DNA of 62,906 bases, filler included, from Platydemus manokwari (Eukaryota), in the NCBI GenBank assembly GCA_037951405.1. It is 6 parts of 6 records of this genome, joined end to end, with 100 filler letters (N's around TTAATTAATTAA, not from the genome) between each part and the next. Parts side by side here need not be neighbours in the genome. Positions count along the whole stretch, not along the records: positions 44,009 to 53,984 come from JBBMOY011182767.1; positions 54,085 to 62,906 come from JBBMOY011344315.1; 4 more parts are not named here. One strand, given 5' to 3'. Below are positions 47,051 to 61,302 of this stretch, piece by piece. The translations under genes were made by a program, and so were the position numbers. Numbering within the stretch: position 1 is the stretch's first letter; each line of letters opens with the position of its first letter. The notes beneath the pieces are model-generated. The model worked only from the letters and a program-made list of their open reading frames with translations. It ran no database searches and was not told where the DNA came from.

Positions 47051-50000
47051 TTGCAATATTCCATTCCACCATAAACAAATGTTCCAATTTATCCCTACAG
47101 TAGACAAAATTGGACATAAAATTAATGTCAATAATTGCTACATTAAAACCAGACGAGGATTGTTACACAGAAACCGACTAATTGATACATTCAATTAGCT
47201 TCGAAAAATTAATACAATATATACATAAAGTTGTCATTATAGATTACTACAATATACATAAAAAATTGTCATTGTCAATAATGTCAAGGTTCACATTTGA
47301 ATTTGCGGTTGGATTTGTTAAAACCCCAACAAATATATTTTATTTATTTCTGCTCCGTGAAGAGATCTTAATATTATTTATTGGAAAAGAGTAGTAAGAA
47401 CATTTATTATTTGTTGATAGTCTTGAAAGGCTAAATTACTTATTTAAATTAACCTTTTAAAGTTAACATTATCCAAATGATTCTCTTATATACTTTTTGG
47501 TATTATTGAAATTATTCACTTAGATAAATTTTGATATTCTCACTCACAAAATCGATTCATATACTGACATATTTCTAGATTGAATCAAGTTCAACTAGAG
47601 ATTAAAATCAAAAACTAAACGCTAAAAATCACAATACAAAATAAATCTAGTGGTTATGGTGCATTAGACCCAACCACCAATAAAATAATTGCGAGGACTC
47701 TTACTGGCATAACCATAAGAACTTGAATAAATTAACGGTCTATTATAAGAGTCAAACAATAGAAAATGAACCCCTATAATCACCTAGTTATTTGTTCAAA
47801 TTATTATAATCTACGCATTGACATTCTATTCAAAGATTGTATAACTTGTTAATAAAAATTATAATTTCATTAATTTTATAATTATTTACTAGCTCAATTG
47901 GTATCGTTCATAATTTTATTTACATACACCTGTGGAGATTGTAACTAAATAAATCAATAAAAGCTCAATCGTGTTGGGTTGTGACATTAAAATAAAGAAA
48001 ATTATTTAAATATCTTAATTTAAATATCTTTTATTATTTACGATTAATTATAGACACGTCTCGAAAAACTCATAATAACCCCAACAAATTAAATAAATTC
48101 TGTACGCATCATTTTTTGGTTAGGTCTTAATGTACTGTATTGTAGGTGGATAAATAACGCTGTAAGATCTACAAGTGGTTTTTTATTGAATCAATCTCAA
48201 CTACTATCAAAATTGTACACTTTTTAAAATAAATTGTTTTAAATGCGCGTGTATTCAAATCGAAATAGGCACTACAAACGTTGAAGGAGATAATAAAGAT
48301 AGTATGAATATACCCTTTCTTTCATATACACACTATCAGTGCTATTCACACTTCAACAGATTTGTGCGAGACCGGTCTGCGCAGAATTTTCTTCTTCATT
48401 GGTGGTCATGTATGTCAGTTTTTCTATTTTAATAATGTAAATAGAATTTTTATCCAATTTTAACATTTTTCGCCTTCATAAAATTTCAGATTTTTATATT
48501 AAACTTTTTTAATGTTTGAAAAATGACATGATTATAGAAAAAAATATCAGTTATTGAGAGTATGAAGACTAATGTAAAATCTTTCAAGAAGAATGGGTTA
48601 ATTTTATTGATAATTACCGAAATTTATAGTGCGACTGGTGATAATTTAATTTAAAAACCACAAAGTAAGCAATTTACGACGGAATTATGAAACAAATCAT
48701 TTTCACTTTTCAATTCGATTTCCACTTAATTCAAAGTTACCAACCGAAAATTAATGGAGTTCTTAATTTTATTTAGTACGTAAAATAACACAATAAACGA
48801 AGAAAGTCTTTATTACTTAGAAATATTACTGGTGCCAAACTTTCATGAGATTGTAAGTGAATTCATTTAAAATACTTTGATCAAAATTGATCAAAATTTT
48901 AAATTCAAGTAACACAAAATTGCATCACATCGGAAAATTGAGTATCGCATTTGTGAAATTAGTAAACATATTGCAAATAATTCGATGTGCGATTTGCAAA
49001 ACTGTAATAAATTTAGTTTAGCTCTTTTTGAATGAAAAGGTATTCTGTATGCTCAACAATTGGACAGTTTTATACGGTGATATTATGTTAAAAATTTTCG
49101 ATCTATTAACTGATATTAATGTTAAAAATGTGCCTGATCAAATAATGAACATATTTGAATAACCTTGTAACAAATTTAAGCGTTGAGATAGACGGAAGCA
49201 TTGCGACGACGAAGTAAAACTGAAACAACGATCCTAGAATTCCACATCTGATCATCTTATTGCATAATCTTTTCAATAAGAAAATATAAGGACGGTTTTT
49301 ATACAGGTTGTAAATTTAATCACAAGGAATGTCAAACACAAAATCAATTCAAAACTTTTTAGATTATCCACGAATGAAGAAAGAATTGGATGAATAATCT
49401 GCAATTGGCCTTATATCATGTTGATAATGAACATCAACTTATAACGTGTTGAGCCACTTTGTCAATCTGCTCAATTCTATCTTAATATTTACAAAATAAA
49501 AAGGTAAAAATACTCAGAATCAGTAAACGGGATTTAGTTTTCTGAGTGAATGCTCCTTCAGATAAGTTAGAACATATAAAATATATAATTTGACTTTATA
49601 AAGAAAAGATGTTTTTTTGTAATTGTCAAAATCTTGAGAATAAAACCTTTAATCATGAAAAATTCAAACATAATTAATACAAAGAAGTAAAAATAGTAGA
49701 AAATAAAAAGATATTGGAATAATGTAGAGAAAATTTCAAACATAGATTTGCAGATTTGAAAAGCTTAAAATCTACAACCGCAAATTTTGTAAAACTCCAT
49801 ATTTATGACATTATTGAAGATGGATTTCCAATTTCTGAAACAATATTTATTGGAATAAGGGCTGTATAAAAAAGGGACATTGCAATTGTTGCAAAACTTT
49901 TCTGCTATGAATTATTTTGAAAACCCGTGACAGAACAAAAATAACAATATTTTTTAATAAACTTCCTTGTCGTCCATTTTCGATATTTGGTGCAACATAT

Positions 50001-50320
50001 CACTGTGAATCTCTGAACTTCACAGAATTTCAGTGAACAGATTTAACTATTTTTTAAAATTAACAAAAGAATGATATTAGTTTTTTACTTTTCCTAAATA
50101 AATATAATTTTATTATATTTGAATAAAATTACCAAAACTTTTCATAAGTATAATTTTTATATGTTCCTCATTGTGGCTCGTGTAAAAAAGCAATTATATT
50201 AAATACTTTGATTATGTGCTTCCAACCTCTCACTAATGTTTTGGGCATTCGTTAAATTTAAAATATTGAGCTTTACTTGAGAATTATTGATTTCAATTGT
50301 TAAAAAAAATACAAACAAAC

Positions 50321-52443
50321 TCTCTGATATCAATATCTAAGTTTTCAAATTTCTTAAATCGGTTCACCATATCATTTGTGCTTGAAATAATCATCGGAGA
50401 CATCTGTAAATGAACGTTATGATTCAGAATATTATCAATTTCAAATCACTTGACTTTTTTCAATTTTCGAGGAGTAAATGTTGGAGTGATTAAAACTCGA
50501 ACTCTTTCCCAATCATTTCCATTTAGCTGTGCTACATTTAGCTTCAATAAATTGGAAAATCCAAAATCCTGAATAATTAATATTTAACTAATCGTCAATA
50601 AATAAATCAATGAACATGAAAACTATTTATAATTATCTTGAAATGATATTTTTAATAAAATTTTTGAAACAATCGCTTACAGGTCTGTCGATAAATGATT
50701 TTGCATCTTTTACAAATATTTGTTTCAAAATAGTTTCATCAGAAACAACCAACACTGGTTTTCGTCCAACATAAGCCCTAAACAAAATTAAAAGAAATCG
50801 GTATAAAATATATTTAAGGAAATGAATTAAGAATATTAATGTTATCCCAGCTCGTAATCGATTTAAATTGTACAAGTTTAAAAACTTTATCATTTTCTCA
50901 AATAATTACTATCAGTTTCAAGGATATATAAAATACTTTTCATAATTTTAATATAATTATTCTGCAAAATCAACTTCAAGATAATAAGTTGCGTAATCTC
51001 TGTACTCCACAAGTTTTATCTCAATTATTTTCCATTCAACCAACAATCTGTCAAACAATTTTTAAAATGTCTTTCACAAATATATTATATTAGATTAATT
51101 TGATGAGTTGAATTTCTTTAATTTTGACATAATTGGCTTAAAAAGGCTATTATTTGTTAATATTGTTGTATGTGTAGTTTATAATTAATCAATTTATATT
51201 AATAGGCAAGTTCATTAAACCATAGAAGACCGTCATCTTTCTCTAAGCCAATTTAACACCGAAGATTGACTGTATGGCCACAATAATTGACATTGTTTCG
51301 TTCACTCTAAGTACAAGTGAATCTATTAATTGGAGTACATTTTGTAAAACTTGTTTGATAATATTATAAGGTTATCTATTCTGGCCTAAAATAGAGCTCT
51401 AAATATAGTTAGTCATAAATATAGTTATGAATATTAAAATGAAAATGGCATTTATATTCATATTTCCTTAGATATTAATAATAGCTAACATTCAATATTA
51501 ATAATAAAGTATATAAAATAATTTCTTGAATATTTTCACGAATATCGTCGTTATTGGAAACTAGATTTTATCAAATATGCGGAATAACTTTTGAGAAAAT
51601 TGACATTTTTCCGAAGATAATTAATAATAATCAAAATGATGAGCCTTCGACGTATTGGATATAAAAATTAATTTTTTGAAGAGTGGTGGAATTTGTTGAT
51701 AATCTATATTATATTTAAAATATTGAAAAATTTCTCTTTCCATTTATGATTGTTTTAATGGAATATGATAAACATTTTTGAAGAACCAATAATATTTTTA
51801 CAATAATTCCCCAATATTTTACTGACTCATTAAATACTATAAAAAGAACTTTTCTAAAGATAGACATTTGAATTAAATTACATTGAAGTGCCGATTTAAG
51901 GTATGGTAATTAAATTTTCCTCAGAAGAAAGGCATTGATTATAAACAATCCTAGATAGGGGAAATATTGAAATTTTATTAAGTGTGTTACTATTTCAAGT
52001 TTCTTGCACTGAGGAGTTAACTAATTTTATCCTTTCAAATTGAAAATAAATTGTTGAAATTCAGTAAATTTTCGTCATTATTTCAAAAATACCAGATTAT
52101 TTGCTGTAAGTTCGAAATATGCAAAAAACTATTATGTATGAAACAAGAATTATATCAAACAATAATTACGGATATATGTGGCCATATTTCTTTTGATATT
52201 TCATATCACAATTATGAAATCCATATTTGATATAATCAAATAAATTTCCAAATAATGGCCATGGTTTTGGTCCTTTTAGTCCAAGATTTTTTCCAAAATC
52301 AAAAGTCCAAGTCATCCATCTAAATGAGATTGTGGTTTATTATTGATTAAAGACATGAGGAATTACTTGTAAATGATGAAGGATAAAATAAAAAACAAGA
52401 TTGTGCAATATGCTAACGATGATGTTAAGTAAGAGAAAATCAT
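50321..52443 (-). CDS. Cytochrome P450 (clan 3, CYP3A/CYP6/CYP9-like), first five exons; remainder not found in the contig
   Basis: Exons 52443-52367, 52319-52170, 50777-50681, 50568-50455 and 50403-50321, GT-AG and frame-consistent: N-terminal TM anchor, GLKGPKPWPLFGN, KKYG, GRKPVLVVSD..ILKQIFVKD..SFIDRP, and the C-helix W..VR.LITPTFT..KLKKM. Confidence 0.93.
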
Positions 52444-53984
52444 TTCGATTGACAACTGTGGTTTCGTTCTGATTCTCTAATATATATTATCGACAAATTA
52501 AAACAAAATGATCAATTAAAACTATTGGATTCTATAATAAAAATATTTGATGTAATCAACAAAATGTGACAAAATATCTGAAATTGAAATTTATTTATAA
52601 ATATTTATTTTATAATTTCCATTGTCATCATTTGTGTACTAAATCGCTTCAATGATTCAAAATTTGAAGTTATAATACAGTACTCGATATCACCTTAATA
52701 TATAATTATATAAACATTCATAATTCTGAATACTTTTATAGTGAATCGCGACTGACTTAGTCAAAAGAGAAAATATATTTTGAGAAATATCTTATTGCTT
52801 CCGAAAAGTGAATTGAGCAAGGGTTTCGATTTTCTATAAATATATATAATGAAATAGCAGGATTATGACACCAGAAAATTGAGCACAACGGAATAAAATT
52901 ATACATTGGTATTGCATGATTATTTATTAAAACAATATCTGTAGAATGATGGAGAGAGTCGGAAATAATTCGAATATCACAATTATAAACCTCGACAAAA
53001 GGCTCACATAGATATACCCACCAACAGATAATATTAATTATCTCAAAAGCAAATCATAAAGCTCCAAATCAAAACGTTTTGATTGCACATCAATTTTAGA
53101 TTTGTTTACATTCGCAAGAGAGATCTGATGTCTCAAGGCATCCATGAAGTAAGAGATTAATAATAATTTGGTAGACAAATTCATATTTTCTAACGACTTT
53201 AGTAAATGAAAAGTAAAATTTTTAACATGAAACAAACACACATAAACCAGATAATTAAAAATGTCGACTCTCGGTAAGAGCTGCCAGTCTTTCATGTTTG
53301 CTCACCTTTCGCATATTCATTACACGATCTTTTGGTTTCAAAACCCACTTTTGGTCTTACTTTTGTTTGTGATTTATTTAATGATCGTTACATTGATTAT
53401 AGTTGCTTTGTCATATGGACCGTGTAATTTGATCATTATAATAATAAAAATAATAATAATCTTCATAAAAATAAATATTAGTTTTATAATTGTTAATTAA
53501 TAAGTATAATTATTATTTTAGCATCATAAACTTGTAATTTATTTATTCATTCACCAAAGTCATCTGATTCATGCAAAAAATGAATTTATAAGCCATACTG
53601 ATATGATATGATAAAAAAATAGAATGGTCGAAAACAGGAAATGTAATGATATCAGAAAGTTTCATAAAACATTTTAACGAATATTGATTATATTAACAAG
53701 ATGAAGAAAAAATTGATGAAAAAACTTTAATATTTATTTTAATTTTTATAAAAAAAAACTGTTGGAAATTTTTACTGAAATATCGGTAACAGGCTCAACA
53801 TAAACTTCTTTAAAATCAACAACGTACAATATATATTAAAATATTGCATAATTTCACAAGCTGGTGATTGATAAAAATTATTTTCGTTGATTTTTATAAT
53901 AATACCAACCCAATTGAGTCGACAAAATATTAAATAAATGTTAACATTTTTGCAATCAATCTGTAAATCATATATTTACTGTCT

Positions 53985-54084
53985 NNNNNNNNNNNNNNNN
54001 NNNNNNNNNNNNNNNNNNNNNNNNNNNNTTAATTAATTAANNNNNNNNNNNNNNNNNNNNNNNNNNNNNNNNNNNNNNNNNNNN
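53985..54084. other. Artificial contig linker
   Basis: 44 N + TTAATTAATTAA + 44 N. Confidence 0.98.
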
Positions 54085-54469
54085 AAATATAATATAACTG
54101 ATATGAAACATAATCATAAAAGATTACATAAAAGCATATTTTAATAAAAGCAGTTAATGTTTACTCAATTACACGAGTGTCAAATTTAATTTTTTTAATG
54201 TAATTTCTCAATTGTTTCTTATAAATGAAATCTTAAGTAATTCAGAGAACAAAGATATCTTTAAAAATGATTTTTAAATAAATTTTAGCACAAATTAACA
54301 TTTAATTTAGTAAATAAAAAAATTAAATTAATAATTTATAAATAATGTTTTGTTTTATTTATTCAATGTATTTAATTTAAATTGATGTAAAATTAAAATT
54401 TGAATATTAACTCTCTTTCTTTAATATTTAAATAATTATATTTTGCTTATTAAATAATTTATAATATAA

Positions 54470-56449
54470 ATGAATATTCCAACACCACCACCACCACCCC
54501 CGCCAGCAGCTCCAAAAGCTCCAATTCCAATGTCTAACAAGGCTTTACTTTCAAGTATTGAAAAAGGAACTAAGTTAAAAAAGGTGCCGGATTCGATGAA
54601 AAATGATAGAAGTTCTGTTGTAAATTGTAAGTTAAATTACAAAATGTTTCAAAGAGTTTTACTGCAAAATTTTTAACTATTAATTTGATATAGATATCAC
54701 GAATAATCTGGACTCTTTAAATGTTTTTTAAATAAAATATTAACTTTGAAATGTGAAAATTAATTATTTTAAAATTTAATTATTGATTACATTAATTCTA
54801 ATAAACATGTTTGAGGTGCACAATTGGCAGTGACGTAATCTATCATATTTGTTTAATGTCTGAATGATGTCATGAGATAAATGATAATCTCCTCAAGTAA
54901 CTGCAAAATATCGTTAATTTTAGCTGGTGCAGCCAGCAAAAACATTTCACAAGCCAAGCCAATAAATGGATCTCAACCAATGATGCCTTTTGAAACTTCA
55001 AGACAACCTTCATTTCCTGCTGGCGGTGGAAATTTTTCCAATATTAGAAATGAATTAGCCAATCATATTTCATCAATTTCCACTACAAACTTGCGTAAGA
55101 CATCACTCAACAATCAACCGGTTCGAGCTCCAATAAAAGCAAATATTCCTGCCCCCAATCAATTTACATCGAAATCAATTAACAAGCCGCCTCCACCACC
55201 ACCAGTGAACAGAAAACCAGATCTTATCAAGAAAACCAACAGTATATCGGTGAGTTTATTTCCCAGCCTAATATCTCACTTATATTTGTTAATATTAATA
55301 CATAATTTAATATATAAATAAATCACTCATTATAATATTAAGTATAAATAATAATATTATTATTATTAATGATAAATTAATCAATATTTGTTATAATTTG
55401 CCATCTGAAATATGTGACTGGTGGATAAACTAAATGAAAATATTATTTTATCAGCTGTTGGAAACAATTTAATATTAAAATAAATCAATTGGGGATATCA
55501 TTTGATGTGATATGATTGGATTTGAATAATTTATTAGCTATGCCACATCACCATGGTAACGGCAGATATTGTGATATGAGGTTGATGTTTTCAAAACAAT
55601 TTATTGTAGAATTATTCGTCAATATTTGTGTGTGTTCTGAATCAATTTTATTGGATATTTTCGATGAGTATTCATTAGTTTGACCAATCAGCAATATTTA
55701 ACGAAATTAGATCATTTTAATTGATAAATCTTTTTTATTTCTCAAGAAGGACGAGCATTTATTTGGTCATAGATATGGAATATTATTATTATTATTATTA
55801 TTATCATTATTATTATTATTATTATTGTGATCAATATTGTATGGAATGGACGGGCCAAATATCGTTGAGTGTTTGGCTTCTTATAAATTGATTTCATTTT
55901 CACTATTAGGCGCTGTATTAAGATGATTATTAATGCATTTAGGAAGACACTCGGCCCGCATCAATGATTGTCCATAAATCCTTTATTCCCGATCGAAACA
56001 CAAATCAGCCGCCCATTATAAGAAAAGCCCAACCGCCTAAACCATTTCAACAAAATAACAATTTACCCATTCAACCTAAATCTCAAGTAACACGAGTCAC
56101 ATCAAATCCTCCCCCTCCATTACCTAATTCATCTATTGATTTCTCCAAAGTCCATCAACAAGTCAATGCTCCCCCACCAGTTCCTCAGCGAGTCACCAAT
56201 AATCCAACACTAAATTCCCCTCAAACCAAACAAACCAGATCATCTTCTATCGTGAGCCAATACAAAGTCTTTGATCGTCCGCCTCCTCCTCCACCACCTT
56301 CTTTCCAGACCAACCAAAAAATTTCAACTTTTGATCGACGATTCGATTTCCCGGATGAAAGAAATTTTCCCAATCTTAAACGAGCCGGTGCTTCCCAGCC
56401 AGGATATCGTTTATCAGAATGTTCGACAATTGAAACCAATTCTTATTGA
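54470..56449 (+). CDS. WIPF1: WASP-interacting protein / verprolin-like actin regulator, ~329 aa
   Basis: Exons 54470-54626, 54924-55249 and 55943-56449. N-terminal polyproline, WH2 (ALLSSIEKGTKLKKV...NDRS), a second WH2-like segment (NELANHI...LRKT), proline-rich middle, and C-terminal FDRRFDF resembling the WASP-binding segment. The family call is firmer than the paralog number. Confidence 0.88.
55778..55826. repeat. (TTA)n microsatellite in WIP intron 2
   Basis: Direct reading of the sequence. Confidence 0.9.
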
Positions 56450-57528
56450 TTGGATTTTTATATTTGTCTCTGTATTTGGACGATGTTTTGCTTGGTGTAT
56501 CTCAAGTGATGTTGCTACTATTGATGGCTGTTGCTATGGTGATGATATAACATTACATGATATCGTTGTCAACTGCTAGAACATCGCCATCACCGAAACT
56601 TTGATGATGATGATGAGGATAACAACACACCCACACACATGCTCAGATATTGTTGTTGTTATTATTATTATTATTATTATTATTAAATCAATAAAACATG
56701 TCATTGCTTTCATGTATATCTTTGTGTTTCTTTCGCACTACTTTCTGTTCGAAAAATTTATCCTTTCTTTCACACATGTGCTTTCAATTGGATAAGAGTC
56801 TCATTGATTATGACAATTTGTTGAATGCCGATTTGATATCTAATAGATGTTATGGAATTATTTATTATTATTATGTAATGGCTAACTTAGCTTAATACGA
56901 GAATTGATGATCCAGGATCATGTTTCTTGCATGAACAATCCATCTGGAAATGGTATAAAATAATTGGTTGAACTGAGATCTTGTTGATCAGAATGTCATT
57001 CGGAAACACGATCAAAAGATAAAATTCTGTTAATCCGCTAAATTCGGCTAATTCTATTGTAATCTCTTTACAAAAAATCATAACAATGCATAACAGTGAT
57101 AACATGAATCATCTGCATGCACGTGATAAAGCATCACACACAGCAACACAAATTCATTTCATTTCTACAGGGTTTGTAAGGAATATAATTCATCTAATAT
57201 TTTTACAACTACCTTGTATATTGCTATAGTTTTTGGTCGTATTACAGAAAAATGCACATTTCGGTATAACTTAATTTAATGTTCTCGACACACTTATTTC
57301 CATAAATATATTTTTTTTGGCTCAGATTTCTTTAACAATATCAATTAAAACTATTGAAATATAGGGATATTTTAGTACTAAAAAATTTAGAATAAAACTT
57401 GCTAACGAACGAAATACTATATCTTCAAAGATACTGTGTTAATTTAGTAATAAAACATTATTAAAATATATTTTGTGCTAACACAAAGTCACACCAGCAA
57501 TGAAATTTTAAAAATGAAGTGTATATAT

Positions 57529-57550
57529 ATGTGTGTGTGTGTGTGTGTGT
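57529..57550. repeat. (TG)n microsatellite
   Basis: Direct reading of the sequence. Confidence 0.9.
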
Positions 57551-59289
57551 TGGGATTTCGAGAAAACGAATATAAATAACATTTTACATTTGCATAAAAT
57601 CTTGATGTGAACATTTTTATAATCCTTCTTAGTTATATGTTAAAATCTTATTTTATTTAGATGTGACATTTTGTGGAAAATTTAAATTTTCATATATCCA
57701 ATAGTCTTTTGTTCCACCTTGAAAGTTGATGAGTATTAAGTGAATTGAGAAAAAAATCACATTACACTTTGGGTTTCGATTTTACTCGTCTGTGGCGAAT
57801 ATTAACCATCAACTTTCCAGAAATTGTGTGCAAAACTCTTGTCGTTTTCGTGTTTCAAAAGTATTTAAAAATATTAATATTTAGTGTCTTAATTTTTTCC
57901 TTCTGATGTTTATTTTCAGCTTATGAAAGGAATGGGTACCCATGTTATCTCGCTGTCGATGTCCGCTTTATTCTTTATATTATTAATCTCTGTTTTTGTT
58001 CTTTCTTCCCATTCTAATAATTCTTCTTCGATCTATATTAAAGCATCATACTAGATACTCCACTCTAACTGACTTTTTAGTCTGAAGTCATTGTTGTAGT
58101 CTCAATTTACTATGTCGAATTCCCAATCCATATCATTGGTTACTTCTTTGATCAGTTGATATAAGGGTAATAACACCTTTTTCTCTAGTACCCTTATTTT
58201 CTTGTATTGAAATTTCAATGGCACTGGTATTTCTTTCCAAGATGATGTCGAATCATGAAGTCGCATGACCTTTTGGCTTCCATTATATTTTAGTAGTTCG
58301 TCCAATGGGATAAATCATCATACTTTACTTAGGTCTTTCTTTGTCATTAGTACATTTAATACAATGGGATCTGGGCTAACCTATTTTAAAATTGTTCTGG
58401 CCTTCGCTAACTCTTACTTCTCTAATTTTTTTACCATTTTTTGGCCAAATCATTATTTGGACAAATAGTAAAGATTTAAAGAGATTTCAACGTAACTCTT
58501 TCGACACCATTTATTGACATGACGCTCATTACAAATCTGTATGATTCCAAAAGGTTATGTATCAATAAGAATCCAAATTTGATTTGGTTTGCGTTATGGT
58601 CTGGGCAATTGCCACAACCCTGTAATTCTTTATCGAGGCTTTTAATGTACTGGATATGTGTGGTACTCTGAGAGATTCTTCGATTCCTATCCTGTTGCTT
58701 GTACCTTTGATTACGGATTGTTAAAGGCCATTGCAGAGTTTTTTAGGCGAACTGGTTTTCTGGATTTACTGAATGCCCATTATCTGTAACAATTTTTCTA
58801 ATATTCTTATCTTGCACACCTTGTTTGTTTGAGTACATAATGAGTCCTTATTATCAATCCTCTCTATATATTTTACCATGATTTATCTCCTACTACAATT
58901 ACACGTTGTATTACTTTGGCATTGGAATCTGCTTTTAGCTTATCTCTGTTACTGAATGCAATGAGTCATGAATAGGCTTGCACAGTGAATTTTGCAACAT
59001 TTTTTTCATCCACTGAATAATGTATTTGCAGTTGTTGCACAGTATTTCCAATTAATAGGGTTATTAGGCGGTGCATATTACTCCTGGCATTTATAAAATT
59101 TAATTTTTTTCTGAACACTTTTCTTACTGGCGATTTTACTGATATATAAATTGTGTGCACCTTTGGCTATAGCTTCACTTGTCGAATTTATTTTTTTATT
59201 GATTCTGGTATTGTTTCTCTTTTCTCCTCAGCATATCGTCATATGTTTCTTAATATAATCTACTTTTAATTATGATTTTTCTACCCGTT

Positions 59290-60380
59290 TCTACAGCTGC
59301 TTCACTATCTCTTCTGCTACTTCTTTATCCACTCGTATCCAAAAATATGATTCTTTGTTTTCTTCTCCTAGATTTTCTGACATCACTATCATTTTGGTTG
59401 GGTCTGCATTTTTGTTCTTCATCACATATAAGTTTGTATCGGTTATCATTACAACTTTGTATGTTCCCTTGAATGTTCTTTGCAACTTTAGTATCAGTCT
59501 CTTTAGATTCACGTGCATGACCTAGGTTTACTGATTGTGATAATCTTTATATAGGCTTTTCTTAATCTGTCTTTCATTATTGTGACACATTCCGGTTCCT
59601 CCGTAAGTTGTGATATGGCTGATAAATATGTTAAGTTTACAGGTAGAAATATTTCTCTTAGGTACAAGAAATAAAACGGTGAATATGTTGTAACTTCATT
59701 TAAAGCTACGTTATATGCAAATATTCATGGTTAAATATATTCGTCCCAATCATTTAGTTGATAGCTTACAAAGTTGGATAACGTATTTTACAACATTTGA
59801 TTAAATCTTTCTACAAGTCAATCAGTTTGAGGATGATATTGTGATGTGTATAACTTCTAAATTTTAGACAAATCCGTTATCTCCTGGATAACATTTCTTA
59901 GAAAATCCTTACCTCTAACAGTTAGTAATTTGCTAGGATCTCAGTATTTAAATATTATCTGTTCTACTAGTAATTTAGCTAATGTCTGTGCTTTATGATC
60001 CTCTTTTACAAATGCCTCCTCTATCCTTGTGAAATAGTTACAAAAAATCGATTATGCACTTATTTTCTTTTAATGTCATGCGCAGCGGTCCCATAATGTC
60101 CATTGGCCACAATTCCTTAGGGGTCATTGATGGTGGTATTGGTTCATCCAGAATCTTTATTTTTTCTCTCCACGTTTCTACTAGTTTCACAAAATTAATG
60201 TTGCTGCACCATCGTTCTATATTTTTGATTATATTTACCCATTAAAACTCATGTGTTAATGTTCCGAATGTTTGCTTTTTAGATAGATGTTCCCCTAATG
60301 TTCCATCATGATATGTCAATAGCAACTGCTGATCCATTTCTTTTGGAACCAATACATTTAACCCGTATTGATAATTTATG
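59290..60380 (-). mobile_element. Ty3/Gypsy integrase relic
   Basis: VLVPKEM...LLTYHDGTLGEH (HHCC region), WPMDIMGPL, AQTLAKLLVEQII, TSQYHPQTD*LVERFNQML, DWDEYI and FAYN...TTYSPFYFLY; heavily interrupted. Confidence 0.9.
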
Positions 60381-61186
60381 ATATTATCCGCCATTATCTG
60401 GTATCCTATTGGTTTCATCCATATTCATTTTATATCTTCTTGCTATTTATTATGCCTCTTATCTTTTCTAGTTTATTGTATTTCAATTTTATTTTTTTCT
60501 TCGCTTTTTTTTAACATATTATTTAAGAAAACTTCTACGAAATATTTTCATTCTTATTTTTAATATTCGTGATAATGAATCTGCATTTACATTGGGCTTT
60601 CCAGATCTATAAACGATTTTGATATTGCGGCCTCGTGCGTATTTGATTAATCTGCTTGATGTAGCAGCTGTCTCGGCAACCCAACATAAGTACTCGCCTT
60701 ATATATGGGTTTATGAAATCTTTTGAGCTTATCGTCAATGTCAATGAATCGATATCCGAAATCGTATGGCTGCAATAAAGTAAAAAAAATATTTGCATTG
60801 ATATCAGCCTCAGTTTTTCGAGAAAATCAATGCGAAAATATTCATCGCTACAATCATTATTGAAGGCTTGTAACAGCTCGCATCATCATCATTGGATCGA
60901 TTTTATCGTGAATGTGTATTGCTCGCAGTTATTAGAAAATATATGGCTAATTTCAAATTCATCATTGCGATTAAAATCAATAATTATGGAGCCAACATAT
61001 CAGATAATATGAAATGTTGCGTTACAAATATATTCATTTCAATCATATCCACTGAGGATCCGCAACAGATGAGTTTCACTTGTCTGACTAAATCAATAAA
61101 CAGTCACTCAATAAATGCCACCCAATCATATTTCGATGAATATCTGGCATTGTAAATATCGAATAACAAAACATGCCAGTTACTCA

Positions 61187-61200
61187 GTTACCATAGAAAC
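61187..61200. promoter_or_regulatory. X-box (RFX-binding)-like palindrome GTTACCATAGAAAC
   Basis: Fits GTNNCC-AT-RGNAAC; located ~100 bp past the PSMD9 stop. Function not demonstrated. Confidence 0.35.
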
Positions 61201-61302
61201 CGCCCATTATATTTTCATCAATACTGCCAATATCAAATCTTTTATCAATTTAAACACAAAAATCATTTATTTCAGAAATCAAATCATTTCCGCCATTTTC
61301 TT

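Noticed and set aside
56221-57105. ORFs 56221, 56271, 56601, 56698 and 56887
   Set aside because: Alternative-frame or antisense overlaps of the WIP last exon and its low-complexity 3' region.
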